Part shown: positions 38,033 to 51,392 of the stretch, piece after piece | Layout: the number at the start of each line of letters is the position of its first letter | Position numbering within the stretch: the first letter of the stretch is position 1 | Source of the DNA: Eledone cirrhosa | Lineage: Eukaryota | DNA length: 64,000 bases | NCBI GenBank assembly: GCA_964016885.1 | Contig: OZ024740.1 | Location: forward strand, 407,898,001-407,962,000 | Reading direction: 5' to 3' | Notes under the pieces: model-generated | Seen by the model: only the letters and a program-made list of their open reading frames with translations | Told to the model about the DNA's origin: nothing | The model's database searches: none | Made by a program: the position numbers and the translations under genes

Positions 38033-38345
38033 AGCTCTAGCATGACATAGTTTAGGCTTTACATAACTACCGTTGCCTGCAATTGACATAAACTATGGAA
38101 GCCTTATCATAACAAATATAACAATCCACAACTTATGTTCTCTTGTTGGTATAACAGCTGTGCTTTTTTGTTTATTTGTAACCGCTTGCTCAGGGGTCAG
38201 ACAGCAGACCTACATCAAAGACATTACAACCGTGTTTATGCCAATATTTTCGTATTTCAGGGATCACATCGCTCAGTGTCCTTCGTTTTTATTTTTTTTA
38301 TTTTTAAAGGCGTTAAGGTGTGATTTAAGGGAGATTTAGCTGCTA
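38033..38345 (+). repeat. ~313-bp segment duplicated at 39699-40012
   Basis: Near-identical direct copies 1.67 kb apart. Confidence 0.92.
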
Positions 38346-39219
38346 TTTTTAGCATATCTCGCTACCGTGTATCAGTAATTCCACACCTTTCGTGAGGAAG
38401 ATGTTCGTTTAATAAATTGAAAAAACAAAAATTCCCCCAACCTTCCCATTTATATAAATCAGTCAACAACAACAAAAACGGTACACAGGTGGTGGCAACG
38501 GTGATAGTATAGTGTTGCATCCGACTCAACATAGTGTTTATTTCTGTCACAAGCGAATAAATTATAATTATACTATTACCATTTAGTACGGATACACATT
38601 TAACATTTGTTAGTTTTACGAACAACTAAATCTCATGTATTCTAACAACTTTTCCCAGCATGATTTATTTTCTATTTCTTCATCTCCAGTGAGATGTTAA
38701 CTTTCATGTAGGTTTAGAATAGTATCCCCCCCCCCCTCCATACACCGACTAGAAAGGTTGTCAAAATATAACTGTTTCTACTTTAGGCACAAGGCCAGCA
38801 ATTAACCAGTGCATTACTGGTACTTTATTTTATCGACCCCGTAAGGATGAAAGGCAAAGTCAACTTCGGCGGGATTTGAAAACAGGCGTCAGTACCTCTA
38901 CTTTCTGTGAAATATTTATTCGTATAGGATAATACAAGTGTATGGGGCAGAGACGGAGCAGGCGGTGATAATAAATGTCTATTTATAAAGAGAACTTTTC
39001 TGTTTAGTTGATACACATTGAATTGTTGTTTAAGTTTAAAATATATGAATTCTTCGAATGACTGAGAACAAGGCTAACTTGTTTATCATGGACATAATAT
39101 ATTACTGTTGTTGCTTAGCTCCGAGTTATCTTCGATTGAGCAGATATGATCAAAGGTAATTCAGTTATAACCATCCTGTCTGTTTAGAATGTATAGTTAC
39201 TTTGGTAAATTCACAGAAC

Positions 39220-40260
39220 ACACCACATGAATCAGTAGGGAAAACATTGTTTTTCCTCTTTTTGTGTGTGTGCTGTCAACTAATCTAATGTCCAAGATGC
39301 TGGCAATCGAATTTTATTCCCGGAGAAGGAAGGGGGTGGTCCCACCCAACACCACAATTCTCAGAGTTTTCCCTACCATTTATTTCGCGTGTTATCAACG
39401 AATGTGACCTTCAAACTAATTGGAAACGCCTTTAGCCAATTTTGTAGAAAAAAACGGTGGAGGGACGCGAGTGAACGACCGTCGGTCGACTATCTACGCA
39501 CCCCTTACGTTTGGTGGGAAATAATTATCTTTTTTCTGGATCTTTTAGATGCTTGCAATAGACTTTTTTAGGGTTTCCGTTTTCTGGAGCAGGTAAATCG
39601 GTTACAAGCATCTAAGAGGTCTAGGGGGAAAAAAAAAAAAAAAGGAAAAGAGAATTATTTCCCACCAAACACAAGAGATGTGTAGATCTGCGAAACTGAG
39701 CTCTAGCATGACATAGTTTAGGCTTTACATAACTACCGTTGCCTGCAATTGACATAAACTATGGAAGCCTTATCATAACAAATATAACAATCAAACAACT
39801 TATGTTCTCTTGTTGGTATAACAGCTGTGCTTTTTTGTTTATTTGTAACCGCTTGCTCAGGGGTCAGACAGCAGACCTACATCAAAGACATTACAACCGT
39901 GTTTATGCCAATATTTTCGTATTTCAGGGATCACATCGCTCAGTGTCCTTCGTTTTTTTTTTTTTTATTTTTAAAGACGTTAAGGTGTGATTTAAGGGAG
40001 ATTTAGCTGCTAAACTTTTTTTTTCTATAAATCTAGTCCGACTGGTTTGGAAGTTATATTCATTGATAATACGCGGGAAAAAAATTTGTAGAGAAAACTC
40101 TGAGGAGGGTGTGTTTTATCCGAGTGTATGAAGACCCACTCTCTCCGTTCTGCGGGGGAAAAGTCGATATTGGAGATTAAATTAGTTGACAGCACCCGAA
40201 AAAGAAAACAAATTAAAAAAAAAAAAAAAGAAATGCTTTTTCACTAAAATCGAGTGGGGT
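39220..40260. mobile_element. Old fold-back/MITE element with long imperfect inverted arms
   Basis: GTGCTGTCAACTAAT/ATTAGTTGACAGCAC, CTCAGAGTTTTC/GAAAACTCTGAG, TTTGGTGGGAAATAATT/AATTATTTCCCACCAAA. Confidence 0.7.
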
Positions 40261-40283
40261 GTTCTTTAATAATACCGTTATAA

Positions 40284-40470
40284 TAATTGTTTCTATTTTT
40301 AGCACAAGGCCAGTAATTATCCCACTACATTACTGGTACTTTATTTTATCTACCCCGTAAGGATGAAAGGCAAAGTTAACCTCTGCGGGATTTGAACTCA
40401 GAACGTAAAGGGACGTAACTCTGCTGTAAAGCATGGCGTCCGATCCTCTACCGCTACTACCAATTCACCC
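40284..40470 (-). mobile_element. MetaSINE-like SINE copy
   Basis: Same family; further copies at 38772-38880 (-), 41250-41388 (+), 43340-43507 (-). Confidence 0.85.
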
Positions 40471-40950
40471 TGCTATTTCTAGCATGTCGAGCAATCACCT
40501 AGAGGTGCGTTCAACTTTGGTAAAACAGGAAACAAAGTCGATTTTAACAAGATATTTAACCTGTTTATTAACACTGGCGAATTGCCAAAATATTTGGTCT
40601 TTATATTCCTTTCTGTAACCCGCTGTAAAATCTTCATAATCGAGCAAAGGAGAGAACCTCTGCGAGATCGATGAATCTACTGGAAATAATTATATCTTCA
40701 AATCCTACCCTACTACGTTAAAGTCATATTAGGCACACCTGAAATACTTTGGTCAGCTCTATAAAGACTAATCTATGAACACTTTCAACCCGTGTTTACT
40801 CCCCTCCAGACTGCTCATATGTAGAGTTGAACAAAATAAGAAAAAATTCCGAATGAGATGTGGCAGCTATCTCAACTAATCGAACTAATGGTCTAAATAC
40901 TATAAAACATTAGTTACCAAAGCTAACGAAACATCTAGCGTGAGCTAACC

Positions 40951-41136
40951 CAGACCTGTCAACTCTCCCCATCCGACGGGAAGATCTCTCACCCACCCCA
41001 ACGTGGGTGAGAGATGTGAAAATGGGCATAGCTTTCATTATGTAAATTCTCACCATTTTGCCTCATTTCTCCCCGTTTTGGGGCACTTTTTTTCCATTTT
41101 ACACCCCGTTTGGGTTTTTAGAGGTTGGCAAGTCTG
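40951..41136. mobile_element. MITE with TIRs and CTAACC duplication
   Basis: CAGACCTGTCAACTCT / AGAGGTTGGCAAGTCTG flanked by CTAACC on both sides; related copy at ~54057-54240. Confidence 0.7.
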
Positions 41137-41391
41137 CTAACCTGTTTTAGAAAATGGCATGGATTGCTGGATTGTAAGGAAGCACAATGCGGGATGGAAC
41201 ATTTCAGGCAGACACACATACAAACACGCAATAAATGTCCTATTATTACAGCTACGGCCCTTGCCATTCTGAGTTCAAATCCCGCCGAGGTTAACTTTGC
41301 TCATCGTCCTTACGGGGTCGATAAAATAAAGTACCAGTAATGCACAGGGTAATTGCTGGAATTGTGCCAAAAGTAGAAACAATTATTACAG

Positions 41392-41593
41392 CAGTGCTTC
41401 CCAAACTTTTTTTTACTCACGGCGCATTTTTTAAAACGTAACAATACGCAGGTGCACTTTACACCATAAATTCGAAAATTTATTCAAAAGAGTTTTTCAT
41501 ATATATTAGCATAACGATGTTAAAACTTAATCTTAGTCTTTTGCGGCACATCTAGTTACATCTCGCGACGCATTTGTACGCTGGAAACCACTG
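41392..41593. mobile_element. hAT-like MITE
   Basis: CAGTGCTTCCCA...TGGAAACCACTG termini; partial second copy at 41899-41940. Confidence 0.6.
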
Positions 41594-42003
41594 CATTACG
41601 TTATTGCAGGTCATAACTAGTCTTACCGTGGTGTCTGGTGATGCCCGTAAGGGTGCTTGGTTGTTTCAGCACCTTAGCCTCGCCCTCACCCGCAGTAATG
41701 TTACGAGCGTATTGGCTTGCCTCAAACATTTCTCATCTCATGCACCCTGTGGTGTGCGACCGATTGACGCACTGTTTTTTTTTTCTTTTTTCTCGCTTTG
41801 ATTATATATTTTTGTGTATTATAATAAGGTTCCAAGCAATAATTAATTGATTATATATATATATATGGTATATATATAAAGTACTAAACCTTATTATGCA
41901 GTGGTTCCCAAACTCTTTTTTACTCACGGCGCATTTTTTATCGCTAGTTTTGAATTAATCCATTATTCTTGTCTTTTCTTTTCTTCCCCTTCTTTCTTAA
42001 GTG

Positions 42004-42202
42004 CAAACTTTATTTCCTACATCTTCTGTAGTATTTCAATCCAAACTTTATTTCCTACATCTTCTGTAGTATTTCAATCCAAACTTTATTTCCTACATCT
42101 TCTGTAGTATTTCAATCCAAACTTTATTTCCTACATCTTCTGTAGTATTTCAATCCAAACTTTATTTCCTACATCTTCTGTAGTATTTCAATCCAAACTT
42201 TA
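42004..42202 (+). repeat. 38-bp minisatellite, 5 full copies plus a partial
   Basis: CAAACTTTATTTCCTACATCTTCTGTAGTATTTCAATC. Confidence 0.95.
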
Positions 42203-42329
42203 GAAATATGGCCTACTCAATAAATTATACACAATAAAGAAAGTATTTTTTTGAATTGATAATAAATAGGAAAAACGAAAAAGTGATGTGAAAAAAAGAA
42301 AAGAAAATGAAAGTGAGTCAACTCTACAC

Positions 42330-42720
42330 CTTTGACTGGGCAATACACCGCAGCTGCGCCACGCAGAGAACAGCTAGCAACACCCGCATATCACCCTTTT
42401 CACTCCAAGGGAGTTGTACCCAACTCGATTTTGTGAAGGAAAACAGCAGTTCGAATACAAAGGACACCCCGTACTGCCGAGCTCCTCCGCAAGATCAGAG
42501 GGTCGGCGGCTCGTCTGAGGAGGGAGCCCCGCAAGGTTGGGTGGCTGTTGCAGCGGGTGTCACTGGCCATCGCCGGGGGAATGCTTTTGACGTCTTGTCA
42601 GCGGGGCGCAGCACTTCTGCCCCTTTGCCCTAGGTCCAAAGCCCAATTACCCTCCCCCTTCACCCCACCCTCTCTTCTGCGACACCAGAGCTCTTGCCAT
42701 CCCCTCACCTTCCCATCCTT
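42330..42720. mobile_element. CRE-like non-LTR 3' fragments
   Basis: TAELLRKI..RREP..GWLLQRVSLAIA..GNA on plus (42471-42720); a related fragment inverted at 42330-42470. Confidence 0.6.
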
Positions 42721-43172
42721 TTTCTTCTTTCTTTATTCCTCTTTTTTTCTATATTTCCCTATTCTTTCTTGTCTTTTCCCCTTTTTTTTATTTCTTCTTA
42801 TTTTTAAAGACATTCACATAAAAATAAAAACAAAACTAATAGCCTGCTGGCATTTGGTGCAAAAAAAAAAAGAAGAAAAACCAGAATCAAAGCCCGTAAG
42901 TTGCCGGTCTTCCGCTCCAATGCATTATAGATTGCGCTGCCAGGTTTGTGGCCGAGTCGACGACATTGGAACAGGAAAACCTGTCGCAGTATGTGGCTTC
43001 CCATATTAGTAAATGTTCCACCTTAAACAGGAATGGGGCTATCCCGTTTAACACCTACCGTCCCCACGATCGAGACTAATCGGCTCTAATTGTAAAGGGG
43101 AAACCAGCCATGTCAAGGCTCCTTCTGGGGTAATTTGGACTGGTCACAGCTTCTATCTTATTTCTCATTCTT

Positions 43173-43208
43173 TTTTCTGATGAAGGACTAGCGTCCGAAA
43201 CGTTAAGA
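43173..43208 (+). ncRNA. Minimal hammerhead motif in a probable Penelope-like 3' end (~43010-43300)
   Basis: TTTT-CTGATGA-a GGAC tagc GTCC-GAAA-CG-TT-AAGA; upstream LNRNG resembles the end of a PLE ORF. Confidence 0.7.
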
Positions 43209-44408
43209 CCCTCTTCCTGCTATATCAAGCATTAACCTAATATACCCCTTTCATATACTGTACCGATTGTGTTGTTATTTCTGTTTACCTTTTACATACA
43301 TATATTTATATAATTTCTTTATCTCTTTGTTTATAATAATAATTGTTTCTACTTTTGGCACAAGGCCAGCAATTACCTAGTGCATTACTGGTACTTTATT
43401 TTATCGACTCCGTGAGGATGAACCTCGGCGAGATTTGAACTCAGAATGGCAAGGGTCGTAACTCTATGCGTCAAAGCATGGTGTCCGACCCTCTACCGAT
43501 ACTGCCATCGATTCATTTATTTAACTAAAGTCATTTAAAAAAGAAACAATGTATGTCATAACTTCCCACTTACTCTCCTCTAAGAAGTTCAGGGTTTGCC
43601 CTTGGATAAGAAACAATTAACTAGAACAGATATTGGCACACGTATACATTCCCACGCACCCTCAATCGCAAAAGCTAACATATTCATTCGAACTATACCT
43701 TAAATAAGTTTTACGTCTTGCAGTTGCTAGATATTCTGCTGTACACTCTCCCAAAATCACTGAAAAGAGAGGAATTTTGGCATTTCAGAAAACAAGTATC
43801 TCCTGGGTTTTTGCCAACAAGATGGACACATTTTTTTTATCTTACGTATATATATCTAAAGAATAATGTTGAAAATGTAACTAACGTTCGTATTGTTAAT
43901 ACGTATAATAGCTTAGACAAAAAAAAAAAATTCTTGCATGTACTATATGGTTAAAAAATAGAATAATATAAACATACTCTGCAAATATATTTTGTGGGCA
44001 CAAAAACTCAGAAAGGATAGTCAGGAATGTCTTTCTGTGAGTTACAGGAATATCATATCTTTTAACAACTTCTTGTAAAGCATTTTTCTCTGCAATACAG
44101 AGCTGGGCGGTATGGTTAAATCAACTACCTTCAGTTATGAAAAAAATCCTCCGAATGAAATAAGTAGCCGTGTAACAATAAACAAGAACTGGTTGTGGTG
44201 GGATATAGAATATAATAAAGAATATTTGTTTTGTAAAACATTGATTTATAACTATTTTAAAAAGAAATTGATTTGATAATCACACCTGGTGTGGTATAAT
44301 ACCGCTTTAATGTAGTCTTTTTTTTAATGTGGTGCTAGCAATTTCTTACATATCTATAATTCATCCAAGTCACTTTTTTGTTAAAAGTGTAGTAAGCAAT
44401 GGTACTAC

Positions 44409-44530
44409 CTTATCACCGCGGAACAATTCGGTTGTGCTTGGTCAGATGTCAGGCCTGTAAGTCGGCGGCATAGGAATACCCAGCAAGAAAATTCGCGCTT
44501 CTTTTCACTTCTAAACAGTCGCAGCTTCAT
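44409..44530 (-). CDS. Candidate alternative first coding exon (speculative)
   Basis: GAAAATG start, 40 open codons plus AG|GTAGTA phase-2 donor, same strand and phase as the KCNT exon; no homology recognised. Confidence 0.25.
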
Positions 44531-45665
44531 TTTCGTGGACACGGGATGGTACTAAATTCATTCCCTGGAGCAACTGGCAAGATGTAGAACTTACCAAGAA
44601 ACTTTGGCCCTGACGGCAAGGGCCCAACAACTAGTTCAACCTAATCATGCGGCATGCCAGCAGCTTTTTAATCGTTTAGTACTTGTAATATTTCCTCAAA
44701 AATAAACCTTTGTTATTTCCTCATTGCTTTCTGAATTGATCCTTCTATCACCATGAAACTTAAACACGCAGCCTTATAACCTAATCTTCATTTGGGATCC
44801 TTCTCGCAACCAAAATAAAAAAAAGTCATAATTTAAAGATTTTTCTGCTAAAAAAGCAACAATAACTTTTGTTCTTTTAAAATTTGAAGTAAATTTGGAT
44901 AGCGCTGGAAATCATGATTTTATCACACTTTCAATGATATTTAAATTCTACAAAGAATTTTCACAATATCTTTTTTTGTACTTCATGATATTTAATTCGA
45001 CAGCTAGTTGCCTTTCTCTTAACGGTGTGTGAGTTTTCTTAGTCAAGGGAGACGCACGGTTTATACAGAAAGAACTCAAGGCTGTCGAAGGTTGAAGGAA
45101 ACTATATATTCAAATCAATAAATTCTCTACAAAAGATATAAACTGTGATAGTTTCTAAAGGTAGACGACTGAATTCAATTATCTGACTTAGCTTTTTAAC
45201 AAACGAAGCTTTTCGTGCATACACTCCGCCAAATTGTTCAATTTAGATTTCGGCTTTGTAAGTATTTAAAACAATCTTCTTTGATAGTTAAAATTAATAG
45301 TTCGTGTCAAATAACCAATTATTTATCACCCCCGGCTAGCATTCTGCGTTGATTTACAGTTCAATATTTGTAGCCAAATTCGAAAGCCAACGAAAGAGAT
45401 TCTGCGTGCTCGTTCGAATTGCGAGAGATAACAGCCAAATCGCCCTCAAATCACACCATACTCTCTTTAAGACGACCACATTAGATGATGTAGTACACTC
45501 AGTGTATGATGACTGAGATAAATAATGATAAATCCCGAAAGTTATCAACATTTATTTGATGGTCTCATACTTAATGAAACTGTAACATTCATGTTTTAAG
45601 CCTTCGAGTCCATCTTTCAATTTAAGTTGTCTAACCTCAAGCAACTTTAAAAAACCTCGAAGCCA

Positions 45666-46757
45666 TTGAGCCTCACCAAGGTTTTTTTCATTCTCCAAAC
45701 TTATCTGTCAATCCTTAAGTTGTATTTCCTCAGAGTTGGTCCCTCTTACAGATTCTCGTCGTCTCTCCAACGCTTCGACTATTTAATCTTCAGTGAGCTC
45801 GACGGCCTGGTCAATGTCCGACTCTCTCCAGAGTCCCACGACCAAGCTGCCTTACCCAAACGGTTTGGAGGTCTCGGATGTGTAAGTGTACTTCATTGAC
45901 CCTTCCATGTTTGCTTCTCTTTGGTGGGTGACATCTTCTCCTTCCCAACATGGACTAGTTCCATCAGGGAGATGGATGAAGCTTTACTACAGTGGAGAAA
46001 GCTGGGGTTGTCAGTTCTCAATACTAATGAGGATAGACGGAAGTAGAGAGTATGGGACAATCTGCGTCCGAGGGAAACTTCCAACTCTCTTTGATCTTTC
46101 CGATCAATTTTCTAGGTGCCGTTTACTTTCTGCTAGCGCAAAGTTCTCGGTGGACTGGATTGGTACCCTGCCTGTGACCAACATTGGTGGCCTTCTCAGT
46201 CAGGATGAATTCCGCACCTCCATTGCAGTCCGTGTGGGAGCCTCGGTCTGTGATAGGTCCCTCGACTCCGCAGGTTTACATGGTTTGTCCTGCCGCCTGA
46301 ATGCTGGTCGTTTTGCCCGTTACACCGAGCTGAACCTGATCATCAAACGGGCCCTGGCTCGGATTAATATCCCCACAGTTCTGGAGCCGGCTGGTTTAAC
46401 CACATGTGATGGGAAGAGACCAGACGGTCTTACCCTTTGTCCCTGGGTGATAGGTAGGTGTCTCATCTGGGACGTCACGGTCAATGACTCTTTCCCCCCT
46501 CCCACATCATGGATGCCACGGTGAATGTGGGAGTCACTGCTTCCGCTGCCGAACGGAATAAAATTCGGAAATACCAGGACTTATCAAACAATTATTTTTT
46601 GCAACCTGTGTTCGAGACGTCCGGTGGAGTCGGGCCGCTGACAGCAAAGTTCTTGTCTTTACTGGCGGTGTCAAGTGATGCCCGTGAGGGTGCCTGGTTA
46701 TTTCAGCGTCTTAGCCTCGTCACCATCCGTGGTAATGCCGCGAGCGTGTTGGCTTGA
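45666..46757 (+). pseudogene. CRE-like non-LTR retrotransposon C-terminus (CCHC + restriction-like endonuclease), frameshifted
   Basis: QAALPKRFGGLG, GLHGLSC, LEPAGL..DGKRPDG, LIWDVT, AERNKIRKY, FQRLSLVTIRGNA. Confidence 0.85.
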
Positions 46758-47189
46758 CTGAAAGTGTGCAGTTAACCCCGAAGGTGTGAGGTATTCCAGA
46801 TTGTCACATTTGGTGGTGAATTGCCACCCACCTTTATTTCCTTCTTTTTTCTTTCCTTTATCATTTTTGTTCATGAATTTATATTAATATTATACACGGT
46901 TTAGACATATTTGTCCTTCTAAACGAATTGCGAGCAATTTGTGGTGTTATTTACGCATTTCTTATGTTATTTATAATGTTATTTACCCATTTGTTATGTT
47001 ATTTATGTATATATTTAAAACATATTTGCAACGTTATTCTACTGTAAATTTATATAACTGAAATAAATGTTTTCCTTTAAACACGTGAGAAAAATTAAGA
47101 TAACAGCTGTTGAAAGATTACATTAATGCCACTTGCTAAAATTCAAATTCATCAACATATTAAAAGAACACAAAATTAGTTTTAGAATC

Positions 47190-47615
47190 CCTCATCTGGG
47201 ACGCCACCTGCTGCGACACGTTCTCCGCCTCCAACTTAGTCGTTTCGTCCACAAACCCCGGCATCGCAGCCCATCTCGCAGAAGAACGTAAAATAAACAA
47301 ATACCGGGGTTTGTCCGGCCGCTTCCTCTTCACACTGGTCGCCGTCGAGGCCTCAGGCGTACTGCCGAGCTCCTTGGCAAGATCGGAGCGTCGCTGGCCC
47401 GTCTGAGAAGCGAACCCCGTGAGGTTGGGTGGCTGTTGCAGCGGATGTCACTGGCCATCGTCCGGTCGAACGCTGTTGCCGTCTTGTCTGCGGGGCGCAG
47501 CACTTCTGCCCTCTTGCCCTAGGCCCAAAACCCAATCACTCTCCCCTCTCTTCTGCAACATCAGAGCTCTTGCTATCCCCTGCCCTTCTCGTCCTTTATC
47601 TTCTTTCTTTCCTTT
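47190..47615 (+). mobile_element. CRE-like 3' fragment
   Basis: LIWDATCCDTF...AEERKINKY...VAVEASG; continues as in 42471-42720. Confidence 0.75.
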
Positions 47616-47944
47616 TGTTTCCCATTTTTAAAATAAACATCTATATTTTAGAATTGTACTTCACGATGTGTATCAAGTAAACTAATAGTCTATTAGTGAA
47701 ATTTCGATTTTCTTAAAATCGACATTTGATTTTAAAACGAGTAATTTTTCGTTTTTCAGACAGATATTTCCGGTAATTTTCGTAAGTGTAAATAACAATA
47801 TTATTGGCAACTAGACCACCAGTGACCCGTTGGGTCACGTTCATTTCAAAATATTTTTTTAAAAATCATGTTCACTTAAAAATAATTTTTAAATAATCAA
47901 AATATACACAGACATGTATATAATGTGAAATGGAACCGGAAGGC

Positions 47945-47994
<50 letters not shown>

Positions 47995-48001
<7 letters not shown>

Positions 48002-51000
48002 CAAATAACGAAACGAAATTAAATTTCGTTTCGTTTGTAACTCACTTTTGTATGACTGACGCTTAAACAATTAAGTTAAAAATGTACATCTACATATGCA
48101 TACTGAAATATTAGTATGCATATGAATACACACACGTATACATATGTAGATGTACCAAGTCTTTCACTGGTTACTTTACTGTGAGTATCCAGCTATTCTG
48201 TATGTAAACACACAGACAAACCGGTTTTTAGAGTCATACTGGTTTTTGAGGAAACACCTTTCCTCTATTCTCCAGAAAGCCAGACAAGGAATATTGAACT
48301 AGTTTCGTTGTTGTTACAACTCATCAGCAATATTTACCTATCTACCGGCCTTTCTGGAGAATCGTAAAAGCACATATCGTTATATGCTTTTTCTATGAAA
48401 ATTAGTAGTGGGCAGACTAATTTGCATAGAGTGTGAGTACGTACCGGTTCAACGGAGACGATAAAAACAAATAACGAAACGAAATTAAATTTCGTTTCGT
48501 TTGTAACTCACTTTTGTATGACTGACGCTTAAACAATTAAGTTAAAAATGTACATCTACATATGCATACTGAAATATTAGTATGCATATGAATACACACA
48601 CGTATACATATGTAGATGTACCAAGTCTTTCACTGGTTACTTTACTGTGAGTATCCAGCTATTCTGTATGTAAACACACAGACAAACCGGTTTTTAGAGT
48701 CATACTGGTTTTTGAGGAAACACCTTTCCTCTATTCTCCAGAAAGCCAGACAAGGAATATTGAACTAGTTTCGTTGTTGTTACAACTCATCAGCAATATT
48801 TACCTATCTACCGGCCTTTCTGGAGAATCGTAAAAGCACATATCGTTATATGCTTTTTCTATGAAAATTAGTAGTGGGCAGACTAATTTGCATAGAGTGT
48901 GAGTACGTACCGGTTCAACGGAGACGATAAAAACAAATAACGAAACGAAATTAAATTTCGTTTCGTTTGTAACTCACTTTTGTATGACTGACGCTTAAAC
49001 AATTAAGTTAAAAAAAACAATTAAGTTAAAAATGTACATTTACATATGCATACTGAAATATTAGTATGCATATGAATACACACACGTATACATATGTAGA
49101 TGTACCAAGTCTTTCACTGGTTACTTTACTGTGAGTATCCAGCTATTCTGTATGTAAACACACAGACAAACCGGTTTTTAGAGTCATACTGGTTTTTGAG
49201 GAAACACCTTTCCTCTATTCTCCAGAAAGCCAGACAAGGAATATTGAACTAGTTTCGTTGTTGTTACAACTCATCAGCAATATTTACCTATCTACCGGCC
49301 TTTCTGGAGAATCGTAAAAGCACATATCGTTATATGCTTTTTCTATGAAAATTAGTAGTGGGCAGACTAATTTGCATAGAGTGTGAGTACGTACCGGTTC
49401 AACGGAGACGATAAAAACAAATAACGAAACGAAATTAAATTTCGTTTCGTTTGTAACTCACTTTTGTATGACTGACGCTTAAACAATTAAGTTAAAAAAA
49501 ACAATTAAGTTAAAAATGTACATCTACATATGCATACTGAAATATTAGTATGCATATGAATACACACACGTATACATATGTAGATGTACCAAGTCTTTCA
49601 CTGGTTACTTTACTGTGAGTATCCAGCTATTCTGTATGTAAACACACAGACAAACCGGTTTTTAGAGTCATACTGGTTTTTGAGGAAACACCTTTCCTCT
49701 ATTCTCCAGAAAGCCAGACAAGGAATATTGAACTAGTTTCGTTGTTGTTACAACTCATCAGCAATATTTACCTATCTACCGGCCTTTCTGGAGAATCGTA
49801 AAAGCACATATCGTTATATGCTTTTTCTATGAAAATTAGTAGTGGGCAGACTAATTTGCATAGAGTGTGAGTACGTACCGGTTCAACGGAGACGATAAAA
49901 ACAAATAACGAAACGAAATTAAATTTCGTTTCGTTTGTAACTCACTTTTGTATGACTGACGCTTAAACAATTAAGTTAAAAATGTACATCTACATATGCA
50001 TACTGAAATATTAGTATGCATATGAATACACACACGTATACATATGTAGATGTACCAAGTCTTTCACTGGTTACTTTACTGTGAGTATCCAGCTATTCTG
50101 TATGTAAACACACAGACAAACCGGTTTTTAGAGTCATACTGGTTTTTGAGGAAACACCTTTCCTCTATTCTCCAGAAAGGCCGGTAGATAGGTAAATATT
50201 GCTGATGAGTTGTAACAACAACGAAACTAGTTCAATATTCCTTGTCTGGCTTTCTGGAGAATAGAGGAAAGGTGTTTCCTCAAAAACCAGTATGACTCTA
50301 AAAACCGGTTTGTCTGTGTGTTTACATACAGAATAGCTGGATACTCACAGTAAAGTAACCAGTGAAAGACTTGGTACATCTACATATGTATACGTGTGTG
50401 TATTCATATGCATACTAATATTTCAGTATGCATATGTAGATGTACATTTTTAACTTAATTGTTTAAGCGTCAGTCATACAAAAGTGAGTTACAAACGAAA
50501 CGAAATTTAATTTCGTTTCGTTATTTGTTTTTATCGTCTCCGTTGAACCGGTACGTACTCACACTCTATGCAAATTAGTCTGCCCACTACTAATTTTCAT
50601 AGAAAAAGCATATAACGATATGTGCTTTTACGATTCTCCAGAAAGGCCGGTAGATAGGTAAATATTGCTGATGAGTTGTAACAACAACGAAACTAGTTCA
50701 ATATTCCTTGTCTGGCTTTCTGGAGAATAGAGGAAAGGTGTTTCCTCAAAAACCAGTATGACTCTAAAAACCGGTTTGTCTGTGTGTTTACATACAGAAT
50801 AGCTGGATACTCACAGTAAAGTAACCAGTGAAAGACTTGGTACATCTACATATGTATACGTGTGTGTATTCATATGCATACTAATATTTCAGTATGCATA
50901 TGTAGATGTACATTTTTAACTTAATTGTTTAAGCGTCAGTCATACAAAAGTGAGTTACAAACGAAACGAAATTTAATTTCGTTTCGTTATTTGTTTTTAT

Positions 51001-51392
51001 CGTCTCCGTTGAACCGGTACGTACTCACACTCTATGCAAATTAGTCTGCCCACTACTAATTTTCATAGAAAAAGCATATAACGATATGTGCTTTTACGAT
51101 TCTCCAGAAAGGCCGGTAGATAGGTAAATATTGCTGATGAGTTGTAACAACAACGAAACTAGTTCAATATTCCTTGTCTGGCTTTCTGGAGAATAGAGGA
51201 AAGGTGTTTCCTCAAAAACCAGTATGACTCTAAAAACCGGTTTGTCTGTGTGTTTACATACAGAATAGCTGGATACTCACAGTAAAGTAACCAGTGAAAG
51301 ACTTGGTACATCTACATATGTATACGTGTGTGTATTCATATGCATACTAATATTTCAGTATGCATATGTAGATGTACATTTTTAACTTAATT

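Noticed and set aside
42004-42202. 38-bp repeats of CRISPR-repeat size
   Set aside because: Directly adjacent copies with no spacers; an ordinary minisatellite
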